From Azolla caroliniana (taxonomy: Eukaryota; Plantae; Polypodiophyta): 64,000 bases of DNA. The translations under genes and the position numbers were made by a program. The stretch covers positions 9,796,001 to 9,860,000 of the forward strand of contig JBHGNT010000020.1 in NCBI GenBank assembly GCA_043228905.1, given 5' to 3'. Below the pieces are notes generated by a model. The model searched no databases. It was not told where the DNA came from and saw only the letters and a list, made by a program, of their open reading frames with translations. This document shows positions 24,031 through 36,211 of the stretch, piece by piece. Every line of letters begins with the position of its first letter. Position 1 is the first letter of the stretch.

Positions 24031-27000
24031 GCTATGGGCGTAAGGAAGTCCGGTCCTACGGGATCCCCACACTTAACCAGAGACTCCGGCAGTTCAGCCA
24101 ACGTGGCAACATGAGACCGGGAGAGAAGGTTGGTGGCAGCGGGAAACAGGACCTGACTACGCGGAAAACATGAGGAGAGTCCAGGAGGGGCTCAAACATA
24201 GACACCCTAATTTCGGCAAGCATAGAAACGGAGTCCGGTCCTATGGGACCCTCACACCGATCCAGAGACCCCGACAGTTCGGCCAACATGGCAATGTGAG
24301 ACCTAGGGAGAAGGACGGTAGCGGCAGGGAACAGGACCCGACGACACGAGGTTGCGGAAGGAGCCGGTAGGGGCAAACACAGGGAGGTGTGTCGGGCAGC
24401 ACGAAGACGGGAAGGGCCAAGCGGGCTACTACGGGGTGTTCCTCGGATGCGAAGGACACTAGTATGCGGGTGAGCGGCGATGCACGATCTGGCCGGGAAA
24501 GGGGCCGACGAGGCGTGCAATGAACCGGAGTACAGCACAGGCGGTGCCAAACAACGGTCGAAGGTATGTGGCACACGGAGGTGCCGGAGCGCGAAGGCGA
24601 GCGCGAAGGAAGACTCGAAGCCGACGGGTCAAACCGGTAGCGAGCCGGGATGCGGATCACAGAAGACCGGTTTCTCACCGACTGAAATCTCTCACCCTTC
24701 AACCGGACTTGGCACATACTGGTGGATGTGCGGTTAGGTGGGGGCGGATGTCGTGAAGAATTTCGGCCAGAGGCGGAAACCGGGAAACATTGGCTACATC
24801 GGCGGGGTGCAGCGTGTGTACGCACCCATGTACATTTAGTGTGAATATCAAGGGCACCTTTATGGCGCCGAAGAGTAGTCAAGTCGGGGCAGACGATCCC
24901 ATGTAAGGCGGGATTTGTCCCACATTGTAACGCATCCCTTTCCTTGTTCTATATAAGGAAGGGAACACCCCTTGTGAAGGGGTTGCCCATTTTGCATTAG
25001 AGGGTATACCGTTAGGTTTAGAGTTAGCTTCTTCTTCTTCTTCTCCTTCGTGTTCGCTTAGGGTTTGCTGCAGCTTATCTCCTGTGCAAGACCCCGCTCG
25101 GCGCGACGAGCCCGAGAGCTCCCCGACGGCGGCTTGACAGCAGACGACTGTTGTAAGCTATCTTGGTCTGGCTCGAAGCCGGGAATGTATTCTTCTTCTT
25201 CTATATATATATATACGTTTGTCTGTGTATATTCGCGTCGTTGTTGGCGTCGGGTGCTTACCCTCTCCTGCGTTTTCTGTACATAAGGCGTGGGTCGGGT
25301 TGGGCTGTGTGTGCGAGTGTGCGTGTGTGTGTGCGTGAGTCGGTGTTAAGCTCTCTCTCTCTCTCTCCCTTCGGTTGCTTCCGGTGTGTTTCTGGGATGC
25401 CCCAGAAACAGTGAAGCACGACTTCCTACGCTCCATCGCTCTCTAGTCCAAGACCCACGTGGTCCCGCCTTTCTCCACGCACGCGCGTAACAACGCGACA
25501 ACGCGTAGTTGGTTCTGTCGAGCTTCTCTGTTGAAAGCGAGCTCACCATGCCTCTATCCATCGTTCTTCATGTTCTTCTTCGTCAAGCTGTGTCGGCTGT
25601 AGAGAGGTTCTCAACCCTCGTGCTCTGATACCATGTAAAAGGTAGCGTGCGGAAGCAAGTATAAAGACAGAACAGAAGGAAGAACACTCAGGTTTAATGG
25701 AGAGCTTGAGCTTACACAGTATACACAGGAGAGACCGAGAGAGTTGGAGAGAAGACACGAAAAGGATTGTTATTATAAAAGACAAAAAAACAATACATAT
25801 ATGTGTTCAATGAACACTTTGTACAAGCCCTAGAAGGACTGACTGGTGTACTGACAGTACTTCAATGCTCATTAAGAGCTCCTACACTAACTTCCAAATA
25901 TATTCCTCACGGAATATCTTTCCTAACGGCCTAACCGATCGGTCCCAGCCGATCCGGTCCTCGGCTTCTTCAGCCGATCCGGCCAATGTTGAGCAATCTT
26001 CGTACTATCTGGCGTGGGATAGAGCTCAAAATGAGACTCCCATCGGCCCAGCCACGTGTAGATTGCTTCTTCGGTTCTTTCCTTTTTGTCTCCCGTAAAT
26101 GGCTTAACGACAAACGATGGTTCACCCTGTCGCTCATCAGGTCTATTAGTCTCACGTTGTAGACTAATGACACGTGCCTTGAGAGCACTTTGAGATTGCC
26201 AAAGTTCGGTCATCTGTTGAGTGGTGAAACTTAGGTATTGGGTTATTTGCGAAAAATACATCTCAATGGACATTTGTCTAGGAGAATTTGCTTGAGTTCC
26301 TTCCGCTTGAGCGGATGACATCGGGTCATTATTTTGAGCCATTAAATGATTATTTCTGGAAAAGAAATAGGATAAGGTCAGAGAGATAGTCATAACATCA
26401 TGTCGTGATGTAAACATATCATGGATGAACATTAATCGATATCATTATCTCACGTCAATACCCCTCTAGACGTATGAGATGAGGTTCAAGATTAGGTTAC
26501 TATGGTAACACAAAGGTGTTTTAAAAACCATGGGGGTGACAAATAAATGTCTTTCCCTTATCTCTATATCGATTTTTCTCATGGTGGCTCCCTGTGGCTC
26601 AACCATCTATGTTCACGTCATGAATAGTTTATACACGAAAAAAATGTTAACAATATAATATGTTTCCGTGCCCACATATGTGGTTTTCGCTCTATAAGTC
26701 CTATTAGGAGGACCCCGAAGTGCACTTAGACCTCAAGTCTAAACATGTGTTATAGTCATATGTATCAACGATGTTGTATGATCTTGGTCATATTTGAACT
26801 CGAGATCTCGAGAACAAATACATTAAACACTTGAGCCAACCAAGTAGGTTGCTCTTCTTGAATGTTTAAAGTTTCATGCGTATAAGAGATATGCGAGGCA
26901 TTTGCCCATATATGTTTTTTTAAAGAAACATATATGTCAAGAGTCCTTATTTCACCCTCATTTACTACAACTATGTTGGTACATTACCTAACCTCAAGTC

Positions 27001-27218
27001 TCATAATTACGATGGCATATGCCAAAGCGCAACCTAATGGTCAAGCCAAATGAGTCCTCTTTTCGTAGTAGGCCCACGTGGCCCATCACATGGTCACGTC
27101 ATTACGAATGCCTCTCGTAAGAATGATATCATGGTGGCATCGTATCCATGTAATGAGGGAGGGATGTTGGATATCTGTGTCATAAGAGCGACCTCACATG
27201 AAGTGGGTCAAGTCCTAT

Positions 27219-30200
27219 TGTTGAGAGACAAGCTCAACATCGGCCGGATTGGCTGAAGAAGCCGAGGACCGGATCGGTTGGGACCGATCGGTTAGGCCAA
27301 GTGCGTACACCGGTAGACCGTTAGGAAAGATATTCCGTGAGGAATATATTTGGGAGTTAGTGTAGGAGCTCTTGATGAGCATTGAAGTATTGTCAGTACT
27401 TCGGTCAGTCCTTTCAGGACTTGTATAAAAGTGCTCACTGAGCACGTCTTATGTACACAGAGATTGAGTATTATAGTGAAATATAGTTCTTTTGTTTTTC
27501 TCTCTCTGTCTCTCCCGCGTATACTGCGTAAGCCCAAGCTCTCCATTAAACCTGTGTTTCCTTCCTCTGTTCTGTCTTCATACTTGCTTCCGCACGCTAC
27601 TCTTTACATGGTATCACAGCGCGAGGGTTGAGAACCTCTCTGCAGCCGACACAGCTTGACGAAGAAGAACAAGAAGAACGATGGATAGAGGCATGGCGAG
27701 CTCGCTTCCAACAGAGAAGCTCGACAAAACCAACTACGCGTCTTGGTCCTACAAGATGCACCAGTACCTGCTCGGGCACGGCTACTGGAGTTATGTCAAA
27801 GGAGCTAATGACGCGGCACCCGAATCGACACACAGAGATTTCTGTCGTGGGAGCAATCATCGAGCAGGGTACTATACTGCTTCGCGTCGTGTGTGGGCGA
27901 ACAGCTATTGAGCTATGTTCGGGATGCAAAGACGCCGAAGGGTGCGTGGGAAAATCTGAAGAAGATTTTCGCCGCGAGCACCACAACCAGGAAGCTTCAG
28001 CTCCGACAGGAGTTGAGCAACCTACGACAACGCGACTTGTCGGTGGCGGACTATACCTCAAAGATCAAGGATATCTGCGACTCCCTCGCCTCCATAGAGG
28101 TGAACATCGAGGAGAGCGAGATGGTCCAGATCTGTCTCAAACGTTTGGCGTCGAAGTTCGGAGCGTTCCGAACAGCTGTGTGTACCCGGGAGAATACGTT
28201 GTCCTTTTTCGACTTACAATCGATGCTCCTGGTAGAGGAGAACCACGTGGGTGCGTCTACAAGCACGCACAGCAACAACAGAATGTTGTACACGGAGGGA
28301 GATAGGCCCCGTGGATGTGGAGGACGAGGCGAGTCGGCACGCAATGGAGGCGGCCGACGAGATCAAGAAAGAAGGCACCGAGGTGATGCCGACAGGAACT
28401 CTGAACCCTCCGGAAACAGGGGGAGTCGAAGCGATGAGAACCAGCAAGGGAAGTCCATCGCGGGGTGCTGGTACTGTGGCAAGAAAGGCCATAGGGAAAG
28501 TGAGTGCTGGAAGAAGCGCGCCGATTTGGAGAGAACTGGTTCCGGGAACGGCTCCAGACATACCGACAAGGGAAATCGGCAGCGATCGCACTACGCTGAA
28601 GACTCCGGGAGAGCCGGACAAGGGTCTGTCTTCGTGACGAGACACGAAGCAAACTCAATGAAAGAGAACACCCCGAGATCGGACGAGGTGTGGTACGTAG
28701 ACTTCGGCGCATCAAACCACATGACGAGCCATGAGTGGTTCTCGTACCTTGAAAAACTGATACAATCGGGAGTAGTCGCAACAGGAGATGACACTCCGCA
28801 TCCGATCGCGAATGTCGGAGAAGTTCCCCTTAGCCATGTCGGGCAGAAAGGGAAACTCATCAACGTGTTGCACGTCCCGACAATCATGAAGAACTTGGTC
28901 TCGGTCGGACAGATCGTCGATCAAGGGATGGAGGTTCGGTTTACACACCTCGGGTGCTTCATTGAGGAAGAAGGCCGTGTGATTGCGCAAGGGCGCAGAG
29001 AGGGGAGGATGTTCATCCTCGACTCCACTGACGGCGGAACCGCAATGTACGCGAAGGGACAAAAGACCGAGTCGGACATCGACTTGTGGCTAGGCCACGT
29101 CAACCACCAGCGGCTTCAAGATCTGCAATCGAAACAGGTAGTGTTCGGATTGCCCAAGTTTAGTGGCCGAAAGGCACAAATTTGTGAAGCCTACCAGCTC
29201 GGGAAGCAACACCGACTTCCTTTCCGCAACGAGCGAAACCGGAGCCGGAACAAGCTCAACCATATACACTCGGATGTGTGGGGGCCAGCACAAAACGTTA
29301 GTCTTGGCGGGAGCCGATATTTCGTCTCCTTCATCGACGACCATACGCGGCACACGTGGATCTACCTCATTGAGAGGAAGAGCGAAGTCTTCGACTATTT
29401 CCGGGACCTCAAGGAGTTCGTGGAAACCGAAACAGGACGAAAGATCAAGTGCCTGCGATCAGATGGCGGGAAAGAGTACTTTTCCGGTCAATTCAACAGT
29501 TACCTACAACAAATGGGAATTCGCCACGAATTCAGTTGTAGATACACGCCAGAGCAGAACGGCGTGGCCGAGAGAAAGAATCGGTCGATTGTGGAAGCGG
29601 CACGAGCAATGCTGGAGGAGAAGAGCTTGCCCAAGTTCTACTGGGCCGAGGCGGTAAGGACCGCGGTATACATCCAGAACCGGATTGGAGACAAAGTGTC
29701 GGCGCACGAGCTATATTTCGGAACGAAGCCGAACTTGCGACACTTGAGGGTGTTCGGTAGCATTGCGTATGTGCATGTACCGAAGGAGAAAAGGAGGAAG
29801 CTGGACGCAAAGGCCGAGAAGTGCATCTTGGTCGGTTACTCGGACGAGCAGAAGGGTTATAGGTGTTATAACCCTCGCACCAAACAAGCGCGTGTCAGCC
29901 GTGAAGTTGTGTTTGACAAGTCCGCGTCCTGGTACCTGCCCTCGCCTCGGAACCCCGACTCCAATAAGAGCTCTGACGATGAGGTCAGCGAGGCCGAGAT
30001 GCCTCCGGATGAGCCCGAAATCGAGACCCGCGAAGAGACTCCGATTTCACTCTGGTTAAGTGGACCGATTGGACGACTGAGTCGGTACGACTAGTCTGAT
30101 GAAGAGCCGGCGAGTAGTGGAGACTCGGCTGTGCATTCCGCGTGCAGGAAGCCGAGGAGACGGCTTACGCGCAAAGAGAAAGGGAAGAAGGTGTCGGATT

Positions 30201-32875
30201 CCGGCACGGATGGGAACGAGGCAGACCGACGCGAGTCCGACTCCGAGGAAACCGGTGACGGGTCTTCAAAGAGAAAGACCGCGTCGACCGAGAAGGCCTC
30301 GACATCGGCTAATGTGAGATTACGCCGATCTACCCGCCAGAAGAACCCAGTTGTGCGGTTCGGTTACAACGAGTACATGGCGCATCATTATGCGTACATG
30401 ACCCATGTAGCGGAAGTGCGTGAGCTGGAGAGCTATGCAGAAGCGGCTAAAGACGCGAATTGGCGTGCCGCGATGGAGGAAGAGATGCACGCATTGGCGG
30501 AGAACGAGACCTGGGACCTGGTTGACGCACCGAAGGGTGTGAATCCGATCGGGTGTAAGTGGGTGTACAAGGTCAAGTACAACACCGATGGCTCGGTCAA
30601 CCGGTACAAGGCTCGGCTAGTGGCAAAGGGCTACGCGCAAAAACACGGCATTGACTACGATGAGACGTTTGCGCTGGTCGCGAAAATGGCGACCGTCCGT
30701 GTTTTGCTGGCAGTAGCTGCGGCGAAGGGGTGGCACTTACATCAGATGGATGTAAAGAATGCGTTCCTGCAAGGTGACCTTGAGGAACAGGTGTACATGG
30801 TACAACCCCCCAGATTTCACTTCGGAACGAACTCCTCGGCATTATGCCGACTGAAGAAGTCCCTTTACGGACTGAAGCAAGCCCCGCGTGCCTGGAACGC
30901 GAAGATCACGCAACAACTGCGTCGGATGGGCTTCGTCACGTCAAAATCGGACTCTTCCCTGTTCATCCGGAAAGGTCAACTCGGACCGGTTAGTATTTTA
31001 CTATATGTCGATGACTTGGTCATCACCGGCGCCGACCTAGGGGAAATCGACTGCGTGAAGCTCCAGCTTGCGGCATCGTTCGACATGAAGGATCTAGGAG
31101 ACCTTCATTACTTCCTCGGGATCGAAGTGATCCATACCCCCGAAGGCATATTGATCAGTCAACGTGATTACGTGCTGAGTATGCTCTTCAAGCTCGGGAT
31201 GGCCGATTGTAAGTCCGTCTCGACTCCTTTGGACAGAACCGTCAAGCTTCGTCCCGATACGGGAAAGGTATGCGACCCGACGAGATTCCGACAAATTGTC
31301 GGAAGCCTCATATACTTGACCATCACCCGACCCGACCTCAGTTATCCGGTCGGGGTGATCAGTCAGTTCATGGCGCGACCTACCGAGGAGCACCTTCAGT
31401 GTGAGCAACGCATACTTCGGTATGTCAACGGCACTAAGGACCGGGGACTGCTATATCGAAGCGGTGCAGCCGCGCAGTTAGTCAGCTACACTGATGCTGA
31501 TTGGGCTGGCAACGCCGCCGATCGCCGATCCACATCTGGATACGCGTTCTCCCTCGGGAGTGTCGCGATTGCGTGGAGCAGTAAGAAGCAGTCGACAGTT
31601 GCACTGTGGAGCACCGAGGCTGAGTACCGAGGAGCGGCTGTCGCGACATGCGAAGCCATCTGGTTGAAGCGGCTACTTAAGGATCTGCAAGTGGAGGTGT
31701 CAGATCCGACGACGATCTATTGCGACAACCTCATCAGCATCCAGCTCGCGAAGAACCACGTTTTCCATGCACGGACCAAGCACATTGAGGTGCATTACCA
31801 TTTCGTCTGTGAGCGTGTCCTTTCCGGTGAAGTCGAACTTCAGTACGTTCCGACGGAACGGCAGGTTGCCGACATCTTGACCAAGCCTCTTGGTCTGGAC
31901 AAGTTGCGGCAATTCTCAGGTGCGCTCGGGTTGCGTCACCTTGACGTGCCGAACTTGAGGGGGAGAACAATCCCGAACGACCAAGCAAGGCAGCAGGAAA
32001 GGAGCGGGGACCATGACACCGAGTCGGTTGACCTGGTTGAAGACGGATCGGCTGAAGAAGCCGAGGGCGGACCCGCGGAAAAGTTCGGAAGAGGACAGAA
32101 GGGGAGCAGCCGAAGGAGAGAGCCGAAGCCAACCACGGATAGGGGAGATGACGACATCGAGGGTGAGAAAACTAAAGACGAGTTGGAGACAACCAACTCG
32201 AACGAGAGTGAAAACCGATTGGAGGTAGCCGAGTCGGTTCGGATGTTTGATTCAGACAGGCTGAATCAACCGAGGCCCAAGCGAAAGAAAAGGCAGCAGA
32301 AGAAGTGTCAACACCACAACAACAGAAGAGCTGATGAGGACCATATGAGCAGACAAGCCGACCGGAAGGGTCGAAGCGCGCGGAGTCGAACAGGTCGAGG
32401 AGCGCGAGCGAGGCGTGAAGCCAGGAGGAACCGGAGCTGTGAGCCCGAGGATCCCGAAGAGCCTCGAGTTGAGCTTGAGGGGGAGTGTTGAGAAACAAGC
32501 TCAACATCGGCCGGATCGGCTGAAGAAGCCGAGGACCGGATCGGTTGGGACTGATCGGTTAGGCCGAGTGCGTACACCGGGAGGCCGTTAGGAAAGATAT
32601 TCCGTGAGGAATATATTTGGGAGTTAGTGTAGGAGCTCTTGATGAGCATTGAAGTACTGTCAGTACTTCGGTCAGTCCTTTTAGGACTTGTATAAAAGTG
32701 CTCACTAAGCACGTCTTATGTACACAGAGATTGAGTATTATAGTGAAATATAGTTCTTTTGTTTTTCTCTCTCTGTCTCTCCCACGTATACTGCGTAAGC
32801 CCAAGTTCTCCATTAAACTTGTGTTTCCTTCCTCTGTTCTGTCTTCATACCTGCTTCCGCACGCTACTTTCTACA
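27219..32875 (+). mobile_element. Copia-5: structurally complete Ty1/Copia (LTRs 27219-27608 and 32486-32875, 390 bp each; TSD CCTAT)
   Basis: 5-bp TSD; PBS TGGTATCACAGC; PPT TTGAGGGGGAG. About 15 differences between the LTRs by eye, almost all transitions. Confidence 0.97.
27681..32491 (+). pseudogene. Copia-5 gag-pol polyprotein (gag-PR-IN-RT-RH plus ~175-aa charged tail)
   Basis: Frameshift at ~27843, TAG at 30092, protease DSG changed to DFG. ORFs 27893-30094 and 30131-32491 are in the same frame. Confidence 0.93.
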
Positions 32876-33194
32876 CCTATGTATTCAACATCATTATGGT
32901 TATACGCGTTTCTTTATGTAACGAAATATCGAAGTCACCAACGGGGATTTCAACAATAAAAAATTGTTGAAAAAAGGAATGGTGACAACGCTATTCTCAC
33001 AAAAATGTAAGGACGGCCACCAAGATCCTTTCCCCGAAAAGGAAAACATTCAATTTAAAATCACGTAATAACTTATATACACATATGTATATTATCACAT
33101 ACATACGATCAACTACATATACACGTGACCACATATGCCTATATTAAAGAAATCGTTATATTTAATAGCCAAAAATGACGTAATCGAGATACGT

Positions 33195-33450
33195 AATCGA
33201 GGCATATACCTCTACGCACACGAGACATCCAAAAATAAGGGTTAATCGTAATACACAATTGAGGTATTGACCTCTTATGCATACGAGACCAAATGCATAT
33301 CATTTACAATAAATCGAGGTATTGACCTCATACGCAAACGTAACATATGTTTGTGAACGTAATACGCAATTGAGGGATTAACCTCATGCGCATACGACAC
33401 TCATCACATATTCAATATACGTCAAATGAGGTATTGACCTCATACACATA
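33195..33450. repeat. Array of five palindromic GAGGTATTGACCTC-type units at ~56-bp period in the chromovirus leader; second copy at 52616-52876
   Basis: Units start at 33199, 33261, 33316, 33372 and 33428. Confidence 0.85.
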
Positions 33451-34165
33451 TGTAAACATTTTATACAACCACTGAATTACCACTACAACATCATTGAATT
33501 AATGAAAAAAATTTACATATTAACCATACACATGATTAGATGGGAGAAGAAAAAATAGACAAAAAATAACAACAAAGATTACTGAAGTTCCTTTGTTGAT
33601 CCTTGTCTGCATGAAGGCCAACCGCACAACGATCGATCGCCATCCATCGAGAAGATAAGACCAACAAAAGAAACATTAGTGCATAGGCTCGGATACCAAA
33701 TATTAGAGACATAGACTAATGTAAGCATTAGATAAGGATGGAATAAAGATAAATAGATAGAAAGGAGTGAGAGAGAGAGAGAAAGAAGGGTGCCGATCCA
33801 CCCGACCACCCCCGAGTGAAGGGATCGAGACGGACTCGAGCCTCGATCGGCGTCCCATACCACCGTCGTGGCGTCTAGTCGTACCTGGTGCTGGCGCGCT
33901 CGCTACAAGAGTTGACCCACCACAAGAACGAGTCTCGACGTAGTCAACAAGATAATGAAATGAGGGTAGCTAGGCCTCTTATTTATAGCGATACCCAAGG
34001 CCCCCAGGCAAGTTCACACTTGGCCTAATGGGTTGTCTCAATCCCGAGGATTTAAAAGTAATCCTCCCCTTCTTTACACTCTCGTTTAATCCTCACACTT
34101 ATCCATGTGTATAGAATACTACGGTAAATTCTCACCACGAGATATTATATGGTCATGCCCGTAAC

Positions 34166-34486
34166 TCTCTGTGTGTGCGCGAAGAGAGAGAGAGAGACAG
34201 AACTCGAGATTACAGAAAAACAGAAAATTGCATTACAAGGAAAACAAGAATAACCAACAACCTTACAAAGAGAAGGAGAAGGTGATTATGTAGTCACCCT
34301 TTCCCTAAGTTCTTTCACTAGTACCGCCTCTTGGGAAAGAGGTCTTGTATTAATTACTTAAAGAATATGTGTCATAGGACATGAACTTCTATGACACATT
34401 AGTTACTATACAAGGAGGTGGGGTGTTCACACTTGAGTATCCTAGAGTGTGTTCCACTCACGGGAAGTTGAGTTTGATTCTCAACA
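34166..34486 (-). repeat. Copia-type LTR remnant related to the Copia-1 LTR
   Basis: The minus strand begins TGTTGAGAATCAAACTCAACTT, similar to 9815; (TC)n tract at the far end. Confidence 0.7.
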
Positions 34487-36211
34487 TGACAGGATGATCA
34501 ACACAAACTGGTGGGTCTTGAAATATATATAAAAGATTACAATATATTTTTGTTGTTCGTGATCAATATTTGTTTTAGAGGAGTTCAATGTAAATAGAGA
34601 GGCGTGTGCTAGATAGGGTAATGTAGTAGATAGAATTGTTGAGTGTCTATGATTACATTATAGTATACATCTCGGACTGTAAATACACTTTACGTAACTA
34701 ATGGTAAGCGCCCTTTCTTCGGAAAAAAAATTAATTAATTTTGTTAACTTAATTTACCTTCCTTTGAATTATGCAAATTTATTTATAATCTCAACTTTTT
34801 AAGAGAACTCAATATTTAATAGTTTTTTTCAAAATTCTTAGCCACGAGTATGTCATTAAGTTAAAATGTTAGCATGATTTAATATCATCACAATGTTTAC
34901 GTAATGATGGGTTTCATTTGTATTGTTCTCAAATGTCTTTGATAAATCAATAGGAATGTTTTTCTTTCATGAAACACGTGGAGCTCTAAGTTGCACACCA
35001 ATATGCTTGATTTGGCATGAAAAACCAGTTTTGAGGAGTCCGAGCACATAAACTTCTTCAATAGAATTGCTAGACAAGGAAGCTTCACTTTGATAAACGA
35101 TAAACAATACTTCCATATGAATATGGATTTCAATATAAGTTATAATTATTCAGATGCCAAGACAAGTACCAAATTTTCTTCCGACATAATTCTCAATAGT
35201 GGGGTATTCTTGTTGAAACTTGCATTTACCTTACCTTGTCTTCAATTTAGAGGAAGTGGAAAACATGAATTAAAATATAGTTAGATATATGAGTTATAAA
35301 ATGAACTTGAAACTCACCTTGTCTTCAATTTAGAGGAAGTGGAACATATGAAAATAGAGTTGATGAGTTATAAAATGGACACAATTACTCTAATTGTTAA
35401 AGTGTCACTAATTTTACCAATCAACTCACTTTGTTTATAATGTGAGACAAAGGCACGAACAATTTTACCAAGCAACTAACTTTGTTTATAATGTACGACA
35501 AAGACACTACATTTGTTCTCATAAATATGGCATTGTGTGACACCAAGTAGTACTAGTTTTCAATGAGATTATCATTGAGAAAATCAAAGTAAACATTAAA
35601 GGAGGATTCTATTGCTAAGTACAAGAGTATAAAAATTACCCCACATGACTCATGGCCTTCCTAATTAGCTTTTAACTTCAATATGGATTGGAATAGAGCA
35701 AAAAATCATTCAGCATTGTCAAGATCTTGGGCTATGAGACAATCATTGAAATTCATGTCTTTATAACTTTGAGATATGGGCATCATTGAAAAATTGTTTT
35801 CCATGAACCCTTATTATGAAATTACCATCAATGTCTTCCTTCAAAAGGTGTGACAACAAATGGAAGGCATGTCCATACATGGAATAGTATGAGAGTCACG
35901 TCTTAGAAAATTTAGCAAAGTGCATCGTACCACTCGACGCAGTAAATGTGGATGCACCATCTAGGACGGAAAGTTGGTTACAAAAGAAAATCAATATAAC
36001 TAGAGTCGACCGGACCACGTCGAAGAGTGTATTGGAGGGGCAAGATTTCTAACTACCTATTTGATGGGAGCTTGAGAAGATGAAAGTTGTTATGTCATTA
36101 GTGCGATTTGCTTGCATATAACTTATTCGTTAGAGCTTGACGAGGTTTGGAGGTCATGTACATATGTCGTGGGCATTTATTTACGAGGTGGTTCTCTATT
36201 GCTCGCAAAAC

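Larger units (their letters stand above)
21071..25500 (+). mobile_element. Complete gag-only non-autonomous Ty3/Gypsy (type A LTRs 21071-21820 and 24749-25500; TSD ACGC)
   Basis: Two near-identical ~750-bp LTRs; 4-bp ACGC duplication; PPT GGTTAGGTGGGGGCGGA; no pol motifs in the 2.9-kb internal region. Confidence 0.93.
20331..25994 (-). mobile_element. Copia-4: 5' LTR (25634-25994, outer ~13 nt missing), canonical iMet PBS (25622-25633) and gag only; host of the 21071-25500 element
   Basis: Reverse complement of the Copia-3/5/6 5' region. Gag is collinear across the insertion (ACCAAG-ACGC-GTAGTT) and ends at the zinc knuckle, fused to Gypsy sequence at ~20331. Confidence 0.9.
25995..34165 (-). 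mobile_element. Chromovirus copy X: 5' LTR (33701-34165), iMet-type PBS (33687-33698), ~1.7-kb leader and gag N-terminus; interrupted by Copia-5; 3' part absent
   Basis: Collinear with 51081-53577; gag MAQNNDPMSSAQAEG. The empty Copia-5 site is visible in copy Y at ~52300. Confidence 0.88.

Noticed and set aside
33195-33450. CRISPR array (palindromic repeats with spacers)
   Set aside because: Eukaryotic retroelement leader with no cas genes, degenerate repeats and alternate spacers related to each other. Kept only as a hairpin array.
35225-35510. Short tandem duplications in intergenic and 5' regions (also 56690-56980 and 62086-62175)
   Set aside because: Ordinary local slippage duplications with no further structure visible.
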